Part shown: piece by piece, positions 26,875 through 36,625 of the stretch
Numbering within the stretch: position 1 is the first letter of the stretch
Layout: each line of letters starts with the position of its first letter
Assembly: GCA_016840855.1 (NCBI GenBank)
Contig: JAEORO010000060.1
Coordinates: forward strand, 7,812 to 71,811
DNA: 64,000 bases
Direction of reading: 5' to 3'
Origin: Candidatus Thorarchaeota archaeon
GTDB taxonomy: Archaea > Asgardarchaeota > Thorarchaeia > Thorarchaeales > Thorarchaeaceae
Made by a program: the position numbers and the translations under genes
The notes under the pieces: model-generated
What the model was told of the DNA's origin: nothing
Seen by the model: the letters and a program-made list of their open reading frames with translations, nothing else
Databases searched by the model: none

Positions 26875-27882
26875 CTATTGCTTTGAAGCAGTGCTGATGT
26901 AGCTTACCTGAGTAGGTGTATCCACGTGTCCCTTCTTAGGACGAACAGCCAATCTCAGTCTCACTGGTCGCTTTATTGTACCAGGGATAGATCCATGTAG
27001 CATTAAGTAGTCGCCACGAATTATGCCGTAGTTGACAAACCCTCCGGAGGGGGTAATTTCCTCACCACGTTCACCCATCTTTAACACTTTATTGTTGAAA
27101 CTAGTTCGGGTATGGAAACCTGTTTGTCCTGGTCGTGGTACGGTATATCTGATATTTGTAGGAGTCCATGGACCAATGCAACCGATGCCTCGCTTTGTTT
27201 TTCGAGACTTGTGTTGCAGTATTCTTACTCCCCATCGGCGTACTGGACCCTGAAAACCATGACCCTTTGTCACAGCTATGCTGTCTACAAGAATCCCTTC
27301 ATTAAGGATATCTGCGACTCTAACATCAGTTCCAAGAATGCTCTGAGCGTATTCAAAAGCCTCCGTCACGCTAGATGCACCTACCTTGTACTCTGTGATA
27401 TCGGGCTTCTTCTTTGGTACTCCCGCAAGTCTTGGTTGAGTATGAACTAGCATTCGAATCTCAGATAGCTGGTCAAGTTTCTCCTCAAACTCCTTCAGCT
27501 TCGCACTATGATCATACTCTTTCGGAAAAGGCATGGCTTTTCGAAGATCTTCTGATAGGTTCTCTGCAATGACTTCAATGGCTAGTCTAAGACCATATGG
27601 ACTTGCTTCATAGCCACGGATTGAGAACGGTCTGATTGGCGGAGTATCTATGACTGTGACTGGAATCACAGTTTCCTGTCCCTTGAAAGGACTATTTGGA
27701 CTATCGATTGTCATAACCGCATGTGTCATGCCTGCCTTGTAACCAACAAAACCAAGCAGTTTTGCGGAACTGCCCTCGTAGGAAGGCCAATTCTTGATTC
27801 TGGGTACGAACTTTGATGCTCGTCCGCGAGGTAGGTATGCAAGACTTCCTCGTCTTGGAGCATTCTTCTTCCTATGTGCCAT
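26875..27882 (-). CDS. rpl3: 50S ribosomal protein uL3
   Basis: PRRGSLAY.PR.RA....P....W..., FQGPVRRWG; first gene of the cluster. Confidence 0.97.
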   Translation of the reverse strand: MAHRKKNAPRRGSLAYLPRGRASKFVPRIKNWPSYEGSSAKLLGFVGYKAGMTHAVMTIDSPNSPFKGQETVIPVTVIDTPPIRPFSIRGYEASPYGLRLAIEVIAENLSEDLRKAMPFPKEYDHSAKLKEFEEKLDQLSEIRMLVHTQPRLAGVPKKKPDITEYKVGASSVTEAFEYAQSILGTDVRVADILNEGILVDSIAVTKGHGFQGPVRRWGVRILQHKSRKTKRGIGCIGPWTPTNIRYTVPRPGQTGFHTRTSFNNKVLKMGERGEEITPSGGFVNYGIIRGDYLMLHGSIPGTIKRPVRLRLAVRPKKGHVDTPTQVSYISTASKQ

Positions 27883-28047
27883 CTTGTGTCACCTGTAGTT
27901 TTGCAGCCATCGTGGTACCAAAATCATCACAAAATCGAATAATCACACCACTAAGCTATTCGTACTACACTGCGAGCCGACTCAAGGTGTGTTTTTAAAA
28001 CTTATCCCTTGACCAAATAGGACCGACGAATGTACATCATATACGTG

Positions 28048-30414
28048 TCATATTCGTTTTTGTTCTGTCCGAGCGATGATCTCATTCTGTAAATCCTTGC
28101 CAATATTGACAAAGTAGTCGCTATAACCTGCCACTCTGACTATCAGATCTTGGTGGAGCTCAGGATTTTTCTGAGCAGACTTTAGTGTATCAACATGAAC
28201 TACATTGAATTGTATGTGATGTCCGCCTAATTTGAAGTAGGTCCGTACGAGGTCTCCAAGCTTTTTCCTGCCCTCTGTATCAGCTAATACTTCAGGCATG
28301 AACTTCTGATTAAGGAGAGTTCCTCCGGTTTTCCAGTGGTCAATCTTAGCAACAGACTTGATGACAGCTGTAGGTCCATTTGTGTCAGCACCATGACTGG
28401 GAGAGATACCATCAGAAAGCGGCGATCCAGCATTCCTGCCATTTGGAGTGGCGCCAGTCATTTGACCAAAGTAAATATGAACTGTCGTAGGAAGGAGATT
28501 GACCCGGTATTCGCCACCTTTTGTATTCGGACGCCCATCGATTAAGTCGAAGTAAGCATTGAAAATGTCTTTTGCAATTGCATCAGCATAATCGTCATCA
28601 TTACCAAACTTTGGGGTTTTAGTGAGGAGTATCATCCTCATAGCTTCGTTGTCCTTGAAGTCAGAATTTAGCCCATCAAGCAACTCTCTCATTGAGAAGT
28701 GCTTCTGTTCGAAGACGTGAAATTTGATAGCAGAGAGAGAATCTGTTATGGTACCCATTCCTACGCCTTGAATGTAAGTTGAGTTATAACGTGGACCGCC
28801 ATCATGATAGTCTTTTCCACGGGTAATGCAGTCATCAAATAACAATGACAGGAAGGGAGCAGGCATATACTCAGCATAAAGACGTTCAATGATGTTGTTG
28901 CCTTTGATTTTCAAATTGATGAAGTACTCAAGCTGTTTCCTGTAGGCGGAGAACAACTCATCAAATGTCTTGAAACTTGTCGGGTCACCTGTTTCAATAC
29001 TGACTTTCTCTCCGGTTCGAGGATCAGTTCCATTAAATAGAGTGATTTCTAGAATCTTTGGCCAATTACAGTAACCAGTTAAGATACAACTCTCTTTGCC
29101 AAAGGCACTTATTGTCACACATCCACTGGGACCTCCAACACGAGCATCCTCTATGGCTTTTCCAGCTCTGAGAAACTCCTTAATTATTACATCAGTGTTG
29201 AACATGGACGGTTGTCCAAAACCTTCCTTGACAACATCAACCGCACTCCTGAGAAATTGATCGGGATTATTCGTACTCAATTGGATACAAACACTTGGTT
29301 GGATGAGTCTCATCTCATTACAGACTTCCAAAATGAGATATGATAATTCATTCACACCATCTTTTCCATCGCGCGTTAATCCGCCAGTGTTAATCAAAGC
29401 AAAGTCTTGGTAAGTTCCACTCTGCTCTTCTGTGATTGAAACCTTAAGTGGGGCTGGTTGATTGTTGAATTTCACCCAGAAACATTGGAGCAGTTCTTTG
29501 GCAAAGTCATTTGTTAGACTTCCTTCTTCAACTTCTTTCTTATAGAATGGATATAGATTTTGGTCGAGCCTACCAGGATTGAAGCTATCCCAGACATTGA
29601 GCTCAGTTATCACGCCCAGATGAACAAACCAGTAGGATTGCAGTGCCTCCCAGAAGTCACGAGGTGCGTTTGCTGGAACATGTTGGCAGATATCAGCGAT
29701 GCGCAAGAGCTCTTTTTTCCGTACTTTGTCTGGCTCAGTTTCAGCTAGGTCGCGCACCATCTCTGCATGCCTTTGAGCAAATGATATCATTGCATTTGCT
29801 GCAATCTCCATTGCCTTCAATTCTTGCTCTTTGCTGTATGCCTCAGAATCTCTGAAGTAGTCGAGCTCCTTCAGATGTTTGTTAATATCATCAATGAAAT
29901 CTAATAGTCCTCTATGGTATATCTTATCGTCGAGGATGGCGTGTCCTGGGGCACGCTGCTCCATGAACTCGGTGAAGACACCTGCGTCGAATGCTTTCAT
30001 CCAACCATCTGACATGGCTGAAAATACTCGGTCACGCATAGTGCGACCATTCCAGAATGGTATAATCTCATCACGGTATGTATCTCTTGTGTCTTCGTCA
30101 GAGAGGAAAGGAGTTCGTTCACGCGAGTTGGCAATATCAAGATCCTTGAGGGAGTGGCAACAGAGTTCAGGATAGGTTGGTGTAGCCCTAGGAACGGGAC
30201 CTCGTTCACCAACAATGAGTTCTCCATCATTAATGCAGATTGTCTTATTCTCTAGTATATGTTTGAATGCTAGTGCTCGAGCAACTGGAGTGGAAACTAA
30301 GTCTGCACCTCCACTTTGATAGAAGTCGGTGAGAAGCTCTGCCCTCTCAGTAGAGATATAGGGCTTTGTGCTTACACTCTGACTTCGAAGACGCTTCACT
30401 CTCTCGGACGGCAT
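28048..30414 (-). CDS. Glycyl radical enzyme, PFL2/glycerol-dehydratase-like
   Basis: 788 aa. C-terminal radical motif LIVRVAGYSDYF (Gly at about residue 763 by my count). Cys loop GGPSGCVTISAF (Cys at about 432). N-terminal ERAELLTDFY region typical of the family. Confidence 0.9.
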   Translation of the reverse strand: MPSERVKRLRSQSVSTKPYISTERAELLTDFYQSGGADLVSTPVARALAFKHILENKTICINDGELIVGERGPVPRATPTYPELCCHSLKDLDIANSRERTPFLSDEDTRDTYRDEIIPFWNGRTMRDRVFSAMSDGWMKAFDAGVFTEFMEQRAPGHAILDDKIYHRGLLDFIDDINKHLKELDYFRDSEAYSKEQELKAMEIAANAMISFAQRHAEMVRDLAETEPDKVRKKELLRIADICQHVPANAPRDFWEALQSYWFVHLGVITELNVWDSFNPGRLDQNLYPFYKKEVEEGSLTNDFAKELLQCFWVKFNNQPAPLKVSITEEQSGTYQDFALINTGGLTRDGKDGVNELSYLILEVCNEMRLIQPSVCIQLSTNNPDQFLRSAVDVVKEGFGQPSMFNTDVIIKEFLRAGKAIEDARVGGPSGCVTISAFGKESCILTGYCNWPKILEITLFNGTDPRTGEKVSIETGDPTSFKTFDELFSAYRKQLEYFINLKIKGNNIIERLYAEYMPAPFLSLLFDDCITRGKDYHDGGPRYNSTYIQGVGMGTITDSLSAIKFHVFEQKHFSMRELLDGLNSDFKDNEAMRMILLTKTPKFGNDDDYADAIAKDIFNAYFDLIDGRPNTKGGEYRVNLLPTTVHIYFGQMTGATPNGRNAGSPLSDGISPSHGADTNGPTAVIKSVAKIDHWKTGGTLLNQKFMPEVLADTEGRKKLGDLVRTYFKLGGHHIQFNVVHVDTLKSAQKNPELHQDLIVRVAGYSDYFVNIGKDLQNEIIARTEQKRI

Positions 30415-30480
30415 TCATTAATCCTCATTATCAATTGTCTATCAGGTTTCTTCTATAAAGCTCACGCATGGCGAAAATAA

Positions 30481-31338
30481 TCATTTGTAAAATCCTGGTT
30501 TAGCCATCATTGTGCCCATAGACGCGTTCAACAAACCAAGACTCACAAACAATGCTTCTTCAAGACGAACAGTTTCGGTTCCTTGGTCAGGAATAGTGTT
30601 AACCCAGAAATCAATCAGGGATTTCAAAATCTCTCGCTCCTTCCCAAAAACCTCAAGGATTCCGTGACTAGGACCGCCAAATATCGCCAAGACTGACTGT
30701 GTACCCGCGATTGTTGATTTCAAATCTTTCTCAAGCTGATGGAAAAATGGTGCGTTTCGTGAAAATCCAATTCTGGTAGTATCATCGGACTCTTCAAGGA
30801 GTTTTTCTAGATTGGTCACTCGCTCGACTTCAAATCCCCAATAATCGCTTACATCCTCTCGCTCGATTATTTCGAGAAGTGTCTGTGGTTTAGTCTTTAA
30901 TACTTTGAACAGAACGGGGTCACGTTCGCTCAGAATTTTGGAATAATTGACAAGCTTGTCAAGTCCCAAGTCAATCTGTCCTGGTCTGACTTGTAAACCC
31001 CATCTAATTGTACCTTCTTGAAGGTCGTTAATTTTAGTTTCTAGCGGATGACTTTTTGTTCTGAGAGGTGGAAGAAGACCTGCAAACTTGAGTGACTGAG
31101 ACTTGGGAAATCTTTGTTTCCGCAGATATTGTGGAGTGTCCATGTATCTGAGAATCTTACTGAGAAGACCTGCATCCCGTTTCATGCCATTGCTTAGTAT
31201 TCCTGTTTCATAGATATACACAGTTTCAACACGAAAAACAGCCAAGGCACGAGCTAGAGAACCAGCCTTTTCGGTTTTTTGACGGAGATCAGGGCAATCG
31301 GTTAACGAGGTATCAGGAATCGCAACTTCCAGAGTCAT
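30481..31338 (-). CDS. SPOUT-superfamily putative RNA methyltransferase (DUF171/COG2106-like)
   Basis: MTLEVAIPDTSL.......QKT.KAG.LARALAVFRV..VYIY is the family N-terminus as I remember it. Confidence 0.55.
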   Translation of the reverse strand: MTLEVAIPDTSLTDCPDLRQKTEKAGSLARALAVFRVETVYIYETGILSNGMKRDAGLLSKILRYMDTPQYLRKQRFPKSQSLKFAGLLPPLRTKSHPLETKINDLQEGTIRWGLQVRPGQIDLGLDKLVNYSKILSERDPVLFKVLKTKPQTLLEIIEREDVSDYWGFEVERVTNLEKLLEESDDTTRIGFSRNAPFFHQLEKDLKSTIAGTQSVLAIFGGPSHGILEVFGKEREILKSLIDFWVNTIPDQGTETVRLEEALFVSLGLLNASMGTMMAKPGFYK

Positions 31339-31350
31339 TCTCTTTTCCTC

Positions 31351-31782
31351 CTAGAGATCAAGGGTGAACCAAAGGGTCGTACGATTAGGCTCCTGAAGGA
31401 TTTTCATGTCGGCATAGGTCATTGCTTTGACCTCTGTCCTTGTGTCATGCTTCTTGTGGTCAATATCCTCGCCCTGAACGTGGGCTTTTAGTAAGTCACC
31501 ATCTAGGGTGGATTCAATTAGGTCTACATGAAACTTACAGTAGAATTGGTGATTGATGTCAATAAGTGCGATTAGTTCACCAATCCATTCTACTAAGAGC
31601 TCCTCAAGGTCCGCCCCCATGACTGAAATGGCAATAGTATCTTTTGGTTCCACAGTAGATGTATCAAGGATAACTTCGAATGTGGCAATGGCTGCTTGTT
31701 CAAACGCCTCAATCAGATTTGGAGCCCAGCATTCAATCGTGATGTCAGCAGTATGGTCGTGAAATTTGAAACCGCGCTCCAA
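31351..31782 (-). CDS. Archease (activator of the RtcB tRNA-splicing ligase)
   Basis: F.FHDHTADI.IE.WA..L.EAFEQAA.A......D ... EVKAMTY. Confidence 0.85.
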   Translation of the reverse strand: MERGFKFHDHTADITIECWAPNLIEAFEQAAIATFEVILDTSTVEPKDTIAISVMGADLEELLVEWIGELIALIDINHQFYCKFHVDLIESTLDGDLLKAHVQGEDIDHKKHDTRTEVKAMTYADMKILQEPNRTTLWFTLDL

Positions 31783-31820
31783 GAGTTTAGTTCACCTTCT
31801 CAGTCAACCACGACAAGAAG

Positions 31821-31828
31821 CTTAAAAG
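31821..31828 (+). promoter_or_regulatory. TATA-like box for tRNA-Ser
   Basis: CTTAAAAG, centred about 30 nt upstream of tRNA position 1. The same CTTAAAA element precedes the 5S gene. Confidence 0.35.
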
Positions 31829-31853
31829 GCATTTCCAACGGTGGCAATGCTGA

Positions 31854-32003
31854 GCCGAGGTAGCCAAGCCCGGATTAAGGCGCCGGTCTTGAAAACCGGT
31901 TTCTTCGGAAACTGGGAAACAAGTTAACCGGTGTCCTATGGACGCGTGAGTTCAAGAGTTTCGTCGGTCCGACGAGATTGAACAAATCTCACCCTCGGCG
32001 CCA
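31854..32003 (+). tRNA. tRNA-Ser (anticodon UGA) with two introns (32 nt at 37/38 and 30 nt in the T-loop), CCA encoded
   Basis: GCCGAGG-TA-GCC..GGC-G-CCGGT-CTTGAA[32 nt]A-ACCGG-TGTCCTATGGACGC (variable arm)-GTGAG-TTCAA[30 nt]AT-CTCAC-CCTCGGC-G-CCA. Lengths sum to 88 + 62 = 150 nt. Confidence 0.8.
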
Positions 32004-32108
32004 TTTTCTCAATGCCTAAATTCATATCCAGTCGTAGAAACTGTGGATAAGCCCTTTATTTAAGGCGGGCTACTTGTCAAATCCTGCAAGAGACGTTGGG
32101 TGACATTA

Positions 32109-32657
32109 ATGCAGGAGTTAGATTTACAGACTATTTCGATAATAATAGCGGCAATGAGTGTCGTGATAGGAGTAATCATGAGTGTACTTTCTATTAGAAA
32201 TTTAGCAAAGTCAAGACGCGCATCTATATTCTTGGATTTTCATAAACAGGCTGACCAAGAGTTCCTTGAGGATATGTTCGAAGTAGTGGGGGAGTGGAAC
32301 TGGAGCGACTATGAACAGTTCATGGCAAAATATGGACCAACTGCAAATCGGAAGAATTGGGCAAAGTTCATCCACGTTAGCTCCTTTTTTGACTCGATGG
32401 GAAAGCTAATCGAAGACAAGATTACTGATGCAGAGATAATACCTGAAGCGATGGCAGTAATGACCATGGCATGGTGGGAGAAGATTGAACCTATTCAGGC
32501 AGATATTGCAAAGCGTTGGAGATCATCAGAATCACTTGACTCCAGTAAGGTCCTATATCAAACTCTCAAAAAGCTTGGATACCATTCTCCAGTTCCACGT
32601 GAACAGAGAGAGCTTAATACTGATAGGGCTCTGACTGAACATTCTTCAGAGAGCTAG
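32109..32657 (+). CDS. Hypothetical protein with N-terminal TM anchor
   Basis: ORF track; one N-terminal hydrophobic helix, then a soluble helical region. Confidence 0.4.
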   Translation: MQELDLQTISIIIAAMSVVIGVIMSVLSIRNLAKSRRASIFLDFHKQADQEFLEDMFEVVGEWNWSDYEQFMAKYGPTANRKNWAKFIHVSSFFDSMGKLIEDKITDAEIIPEAMAVMTMAWWEKIEPIQADIAKRWRSSESLDSSKVLYQTLKKLGYHSPVPREQRELNTDRALTEHSSES

Positions 32658-32701
32658 AAGATGGAATAGATTCATGAAACCACCCAAATTCACGCTCAAC
32701 G

Positions 32702-33982
32702 CTATGCATCTAAGTTTTCAATTACAGTTGCGACTCCCTGTCCACCGCCAACACAGGCATTGGCAACTCCATACTTTGCCTTTTCATCTTTGAGAATTCT
32801 TGCCAAGGTTCCTGTTAATCTGATCATAGTAGAACCTAGAGGGTGCCCAATGGCAGTTGAGCCACCCATGACATTTACCTTCTCCTCGGGAATTTTCAGC
32901 TTATCCATGCAATTGAGAGCGACTATGCAGAATGCCTCATTTATCTCCCAGTAATCAATGTCATCAACACTTAGTCCAGCATGTTTGAGGGCTTTGATAG
33001 TAGCAGGTACAGGACCACGACCCATGACTGTGGGATCAACACCAGCCCATCCCATGGAAACAATTCGTGCCATAGGTTCAATCCCTCTCTTTTCAGCCTC
33101 CTTAGATTCCATTACAACAGCAGCAGTAGCGCCTGCATTTAGTGGTGAGGCATTCCCAGGAGTGATTACTCCTTCATCTGTGCCCTCGCGTTTGATATAC
33201 CCCTCTTTTCCTCCATTCTTTTCAAGAAAGAAAGGTGTCGACACTCTGGGCAGGGTTGCAACCTTCTCAAGAGTTGAAAGTCGAGCACTCAAGTCTCTGT
33301 CTACAAGTAGGGGTTCGTCGACATTTCCCGGTGTATGTCCTTGCATAGGTATGATTTCACCTTTGAACCATCCACTCTCCTGATTCTTAACTGTCAGATT
33401 ATGACTCCTCACGCCAAATTTGTCCATGTCCTCCTTGGTGAAGGTGGGAACCTCCTCCTCATACAATTTCTGCGCGGTCTGCAGCATATTGAATACAGTA
33501 TTGACATCTAAACCAGGTCTATAGAACTCAGAGGTTTTATCCCCAAAGGAGAAGTTTGGTTCAACCCCCGTTCCCCTAACCCGGGTCATATGCTCAAATC
33601 CCGTTGAGAGCACAATTTTGCTGAACCCTGTCATGATTTCCATTATGCCAATATGCATACCCGACCCAGCAGACCCGCATTGCCGGTCAATAAAGATAGA
33701 AGGTACATGATGTGGAAATCCAGACAAAAAGGCGGGTATTTTTCCTCCATATGTCCAGTTCTCAAGGACTCCTGCAGCCACTCCGACTGTGATTTCTTCG
33801 ATATCCTTTTTCTCAATCCCTTTTTCCGCCAATGATCCATCAAAGAATTTTATGAGCAAACGGGATAATAGCTCATCTCCTCTGATTTCACCGAACGCAT
33901 CATTCTCCGGATCTTGAGGACGTGATCGTGAGAATGGAGTTCGTGCATAGTCAACCAACCATACATCCTTCAGCTCTGTCAT
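32702..33982 (-). CDS. Thiolase (acetyl-CoA C-acyltransferase family)
   Basis: DYARTPFSRS, active-site region DRQCGSAGSG, C-terminal NACVGGGQGVATVIE. Confidence 0.85.
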   Translation of the reverse strand: MTELKDVWLVDYARTPFSRSRPQDPENDAFGEIRGDELLSRLLIKFFDGSLAEKGIEKKDIEEITVGVAAGVLENWTYGGKIPAFLSGFPHHVPSIFIDRQCGSAGSGMHIGIMEIMTGFSKIVLSTGFEHMTRVRGTGVEPNFSFGDKTSEFYRPGLDVNTVFNMLQTAQKLYEEEVPTFTKEDMDKFGVRSHNLTVKNQESGWFKGEIIPMQGHTPGNVDEPLLVDRDLSARLSTLEKVATLPRVSTPFFLEKNGGKEGYIKREGTDEGVITPGNASPLNAGATAAVVMESKEAEKRGIEPMARIVSMGWAGVDPTVMGRGPVPATIKALKHAGLSVDDIDYWEINEAFCIVALNCMDKLKIPEEKVNVMGGSTAIGHPLGSTMIRLTGTLARILKDEKAKYGVANACVGGGQGVATVIENLDA

Positions 33983-34123
33983 AGTCTTTTACGAAGTAGT
34001 CCTTTGTTTTAACTCTTTATTAGGAAAGGTGTTGAGATTGGATGGCAAAAATATGTAAATTATTATCGGAACACGTGTTCTAAATTCATCATCCTTTTTT
34101 CCTTGTTCTGATATAAGATAGAC

Positions 34124-34918
34124 ATGCCATTCATTCAGACTGGAAACATCAGAACTTACTATGAGATGCATGGCGAGGAAGGACCAGTGCTTGTATTCTG
34201 TCATGGAGCTGGTGCTTCTCATGATATGTGGCAGCCACAGACTGAACACTTCTCAAACAATTATAGAGTTCTGACATATGACATAAGAGGACACCAACAA
34301 TCTGAAGGCTCGGACGAAACATACACCTGTGAACTTTTCGCAGATGATCTCTACTTGTTGTTGGAGCAGCTTGACATATCAGAGCCGGTTGTTATTGGCC
34401 TGTCACTTGGAGGGATGATAGCACAAGAATATGCTGTGAAGTACCAGTCGAGTATTAGAGGATTGGTTCTGGCGGATACAGCAGTAGCAGCAGCCCTCAC
34501 AAAATCTGACAGACTCCTGAAGGCAATGTATCCGAAGTGGTTGGTGAAATGGACTATCAACAGAATGAGTGATGAGAAATATGCTGATTGGTCATTCAAG
34601 TACTTTGATATGAATAACGATGTGAGAGAGTATCTCAAACAGGAGCAGCTGAAAATGAGCAAAGAAGAGCTGCTGAAAATTACTGATGCTATCTACACAT
34701 TTAAGCTACTTCCCTTGGAAACGATTAGAGTGCCAACTTTAATCATTCTGGGAGAGAATGAGAGAAAAGCAGTATTTCCTCATGCTGGTAAGATGGTGGA
34801 ACTGATTAAGGACTCTCAAAGAGTAGTTATTCCAGATGCAGGGCATGCCTCCAATCTTGAAAATCCGCAGGTTTTCAATATAGAGCTAGAGAAATTTCTT
34901 AGAAGTATAAGTGCATAG
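34124..34918 (+). CDS. Alpha/beta-fold hydrolase
   Basis: HGAGASH..., nucleophile elbow GLSLGG, C-terminal DAGHASNLENP. Confidence 0.75.
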   Translation: MPFIQTGNIRTYYEMHGEEGPVLVFCHGAGASHDMWQPQTEHFSNNYRVLTYDIRGHQQSEGSDETYTCELFADDLYLLLEQLDISEPVVIGLSLGGMIAQEYAVKYQSSIRGLVLADTAVAAALTKSDRLLKAMYPKWLVKWTINRMSDEKYADWSFKYFDMNNDVREYLKQEQLKMSKEELLKITDAIYTFKLLPLETIRVPTLIILGENERKAVFPHAGKMVELIKDSQRVVIPDAGHASNLENPQVFNIELEKFLRSISA

Positions 34919-34923
34919 ACAGC

Positions 34924-36528
34924 CTAGAGAAGGTTCTTTGCTAGATAGGGTCCAACATCAGTAAAACCAAGAGATCGATAGTATTCTTTGACTCCAATGG
35001 CACTGTTTACGAGGATTTGCAATGCATCAAAATCATTTCGTCCAATGTCTTCAGCTGCGGACATCATTTTTTCTCCTAGACCCAAATGTTGCCAAGCATC
35101 ACGATCCCTTTTTCCAATGTCCACCACAGGACCATACACTCTTAATTCACGGATGATGACTGAGGATTTCTCAATCATCTCGATTCTTTGTGAATCAGAA
35201 CTTGGACTCCTTAGACGGAGAAAGCCAAAAAGCACGTCTAGATTTGAATCTTCCAGTGAGAGAAATACCTCTGTTCCATCAGAGGATTCATAGTCATGTC
35301 GAACAAGTCGTATATTGTTCGGATCAATTTTCTCCTCAGACCTCATTTGAAAGTGGCCAATCTCTCTGTATCTAATTGTTGGGTTTCTCTGACCTTTAGT
35401 TTTCATTCGTTCATGAACTAATTCGCGGAGATTCCCGGAGTTTAGACCTGCTTCAATCTGATGTAGGGGGATATCCCGTTGCATCCTCTGTATCCGTACA
35501 TATCCCGGCATATCACTGACTGCATCTGAAACCAGACTCACTACCTGTTCAGTTGTATAAGGACTATATTCTCCCGATTTCCACCAATCATATAGTTTCG
35601 TGTTCTTGACCACAATCGTTGGATAGATTTTCAACATATCAGGACGAAATCTTGGGTCAGCAAATAGCTGAGCGAAGGTCTTTAGGTCGCTTTCAACTGT
35701 TGCCTTGGGAAGTCCGGGCATAATATGATAACACACCTTTAATCCACTGTCACGGAGCATTTTGGTTGCATTCGATGTTTCCTTAACACCGTGTCCACGC
35801 TCTACTTTTTGAAGAATTTCATCAGAGAGAGTCTGCACACCAATCTCTACCCTTGTGGCACCCATATTGAGCATGTTGTCTATACTTTCTTGGGTCACCC
35901 AATCGGGTCGAGTTTCAAAAGTAAGTCCGACATTGCGAACCTCTGCTGTTTCGTTAATCTTTTTTGCTTGTTCAATATCTTTGCTGACTGATCGATTCAT
36001 TGCATCTAGACAGCCTTTAACGAAGAATTTCTGGTACTCAGGTGGTTTCGAGCACCAATCACCACCCATAACAATCAATTCGACTTTGTTTATGCTGTGG
36101 CCAATTGTTGATAATTGTGTGAGTCTGCTCTCCGCTTGTCTATATGGGTCAAAATCATTCTGAATCCCTCTCATGGTGGCAGGCTCGTGCCCAGTATAAC
36201 TCTGAGGAACTCCGAGATCAGGACCTCCAGGACAGTAAGCGCATTTTCCATGGGGACACTCATGAGGGGTCGTCATAGTGGCTACAACTGCAACTCCCGA
36301 AACTGTCCGTACTGGTCGTTTCTGTAGAAATGGACGAAGAATCTCTGATTCTTCTGGTACTGTAACTTGGAGTATGTCGGCATTTCTAGGGGTTTGTGTT
36401 AGCTTGTATTTAGCAGAAACCTTTGTCTTGATTCGGTTAATCACCTGTTTGCTAAGGGGTTCGGATGACCCGAGCAGCATGTCAACTATCTCTCGGTAGA
36501 TATGATAGTCATCTACAGGCGCTTTCAT
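34924..36528 (-). CDS. elp3: Elp3-type radical SAM/GNAT tRNA U34 modification enzyme
   Basis: HECPHGKCAYCPGGP radical-SAM cluster and a C-terminal GNAT (HLGLGEKMM). The ORF is open to 36624, but that start would abut the tRNA-Trp gene. The internal Met (M33, 36528) gives 534 aa. Confidence 0.85.
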   Translation of the reverse strand: MKAPVDDYHIYREIVDMLLGSSEPLSKQVINRIKTKVSAKYKLTQTPRNADILQVTVPEESEILRPFLQKRPVRTVSGVAVVATMTTPHECPHGKCAYCPGGPDLGVPQSYTGHEPATMRGIQNDFDPYRQAESRLTQLSTIGHSINKVELIVMGGDWCSKPPEYQKFFVKGCLDAMNRSVSKDIEQAKKINETAEVRNVGLTFETRPDWVTQESIDNMLNMGATRVEIGVQTLSDEILQKVERGHGVKETSNATKMLRDSGLKVCYHIMPGLPKATVESDLKTFAQLFADPRFRPDMLKIYPTIVVKNTKLYDWWKSGEYSPYTTEQVVSLVSDAVSDMPGYVRIQRMQRDIPLHQIEAGLNSGNLRELVHERMKTKGQRNPTIRYREIGHFQMRSEEKIDPNNIRLVRHDYESSDGTEVFLSLEDSNLDVLFGFLRLRSPSSDSQRIEMIEKSSVIIRELRVYGPVVDIGKRDRDAWQHLGLGEKMMSAAEDIGRNDFDALQILVNSAIGVKEYYRSLGFTDVGPYLAKNLL

Positions 36529-36625
36529 ACTCTCAAATATCAGAGAACGTGGTTTAATAGACTGTGGTGTGACTCTCGTTGACGAAAAGTTCATAACCTG
36601 TGCAAAGGTGGTGCTTCTAGCCATA

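Noticed and set aside
36529-36624. 32-codon N-terminal extension of elp3
   Set aside because: It would put the start codon 1 nt from tRNA-Trp, leaving no promoter space. The extension has no Elp3-like sequence, and the internal Met gives a typical archaeal Elp3 length.
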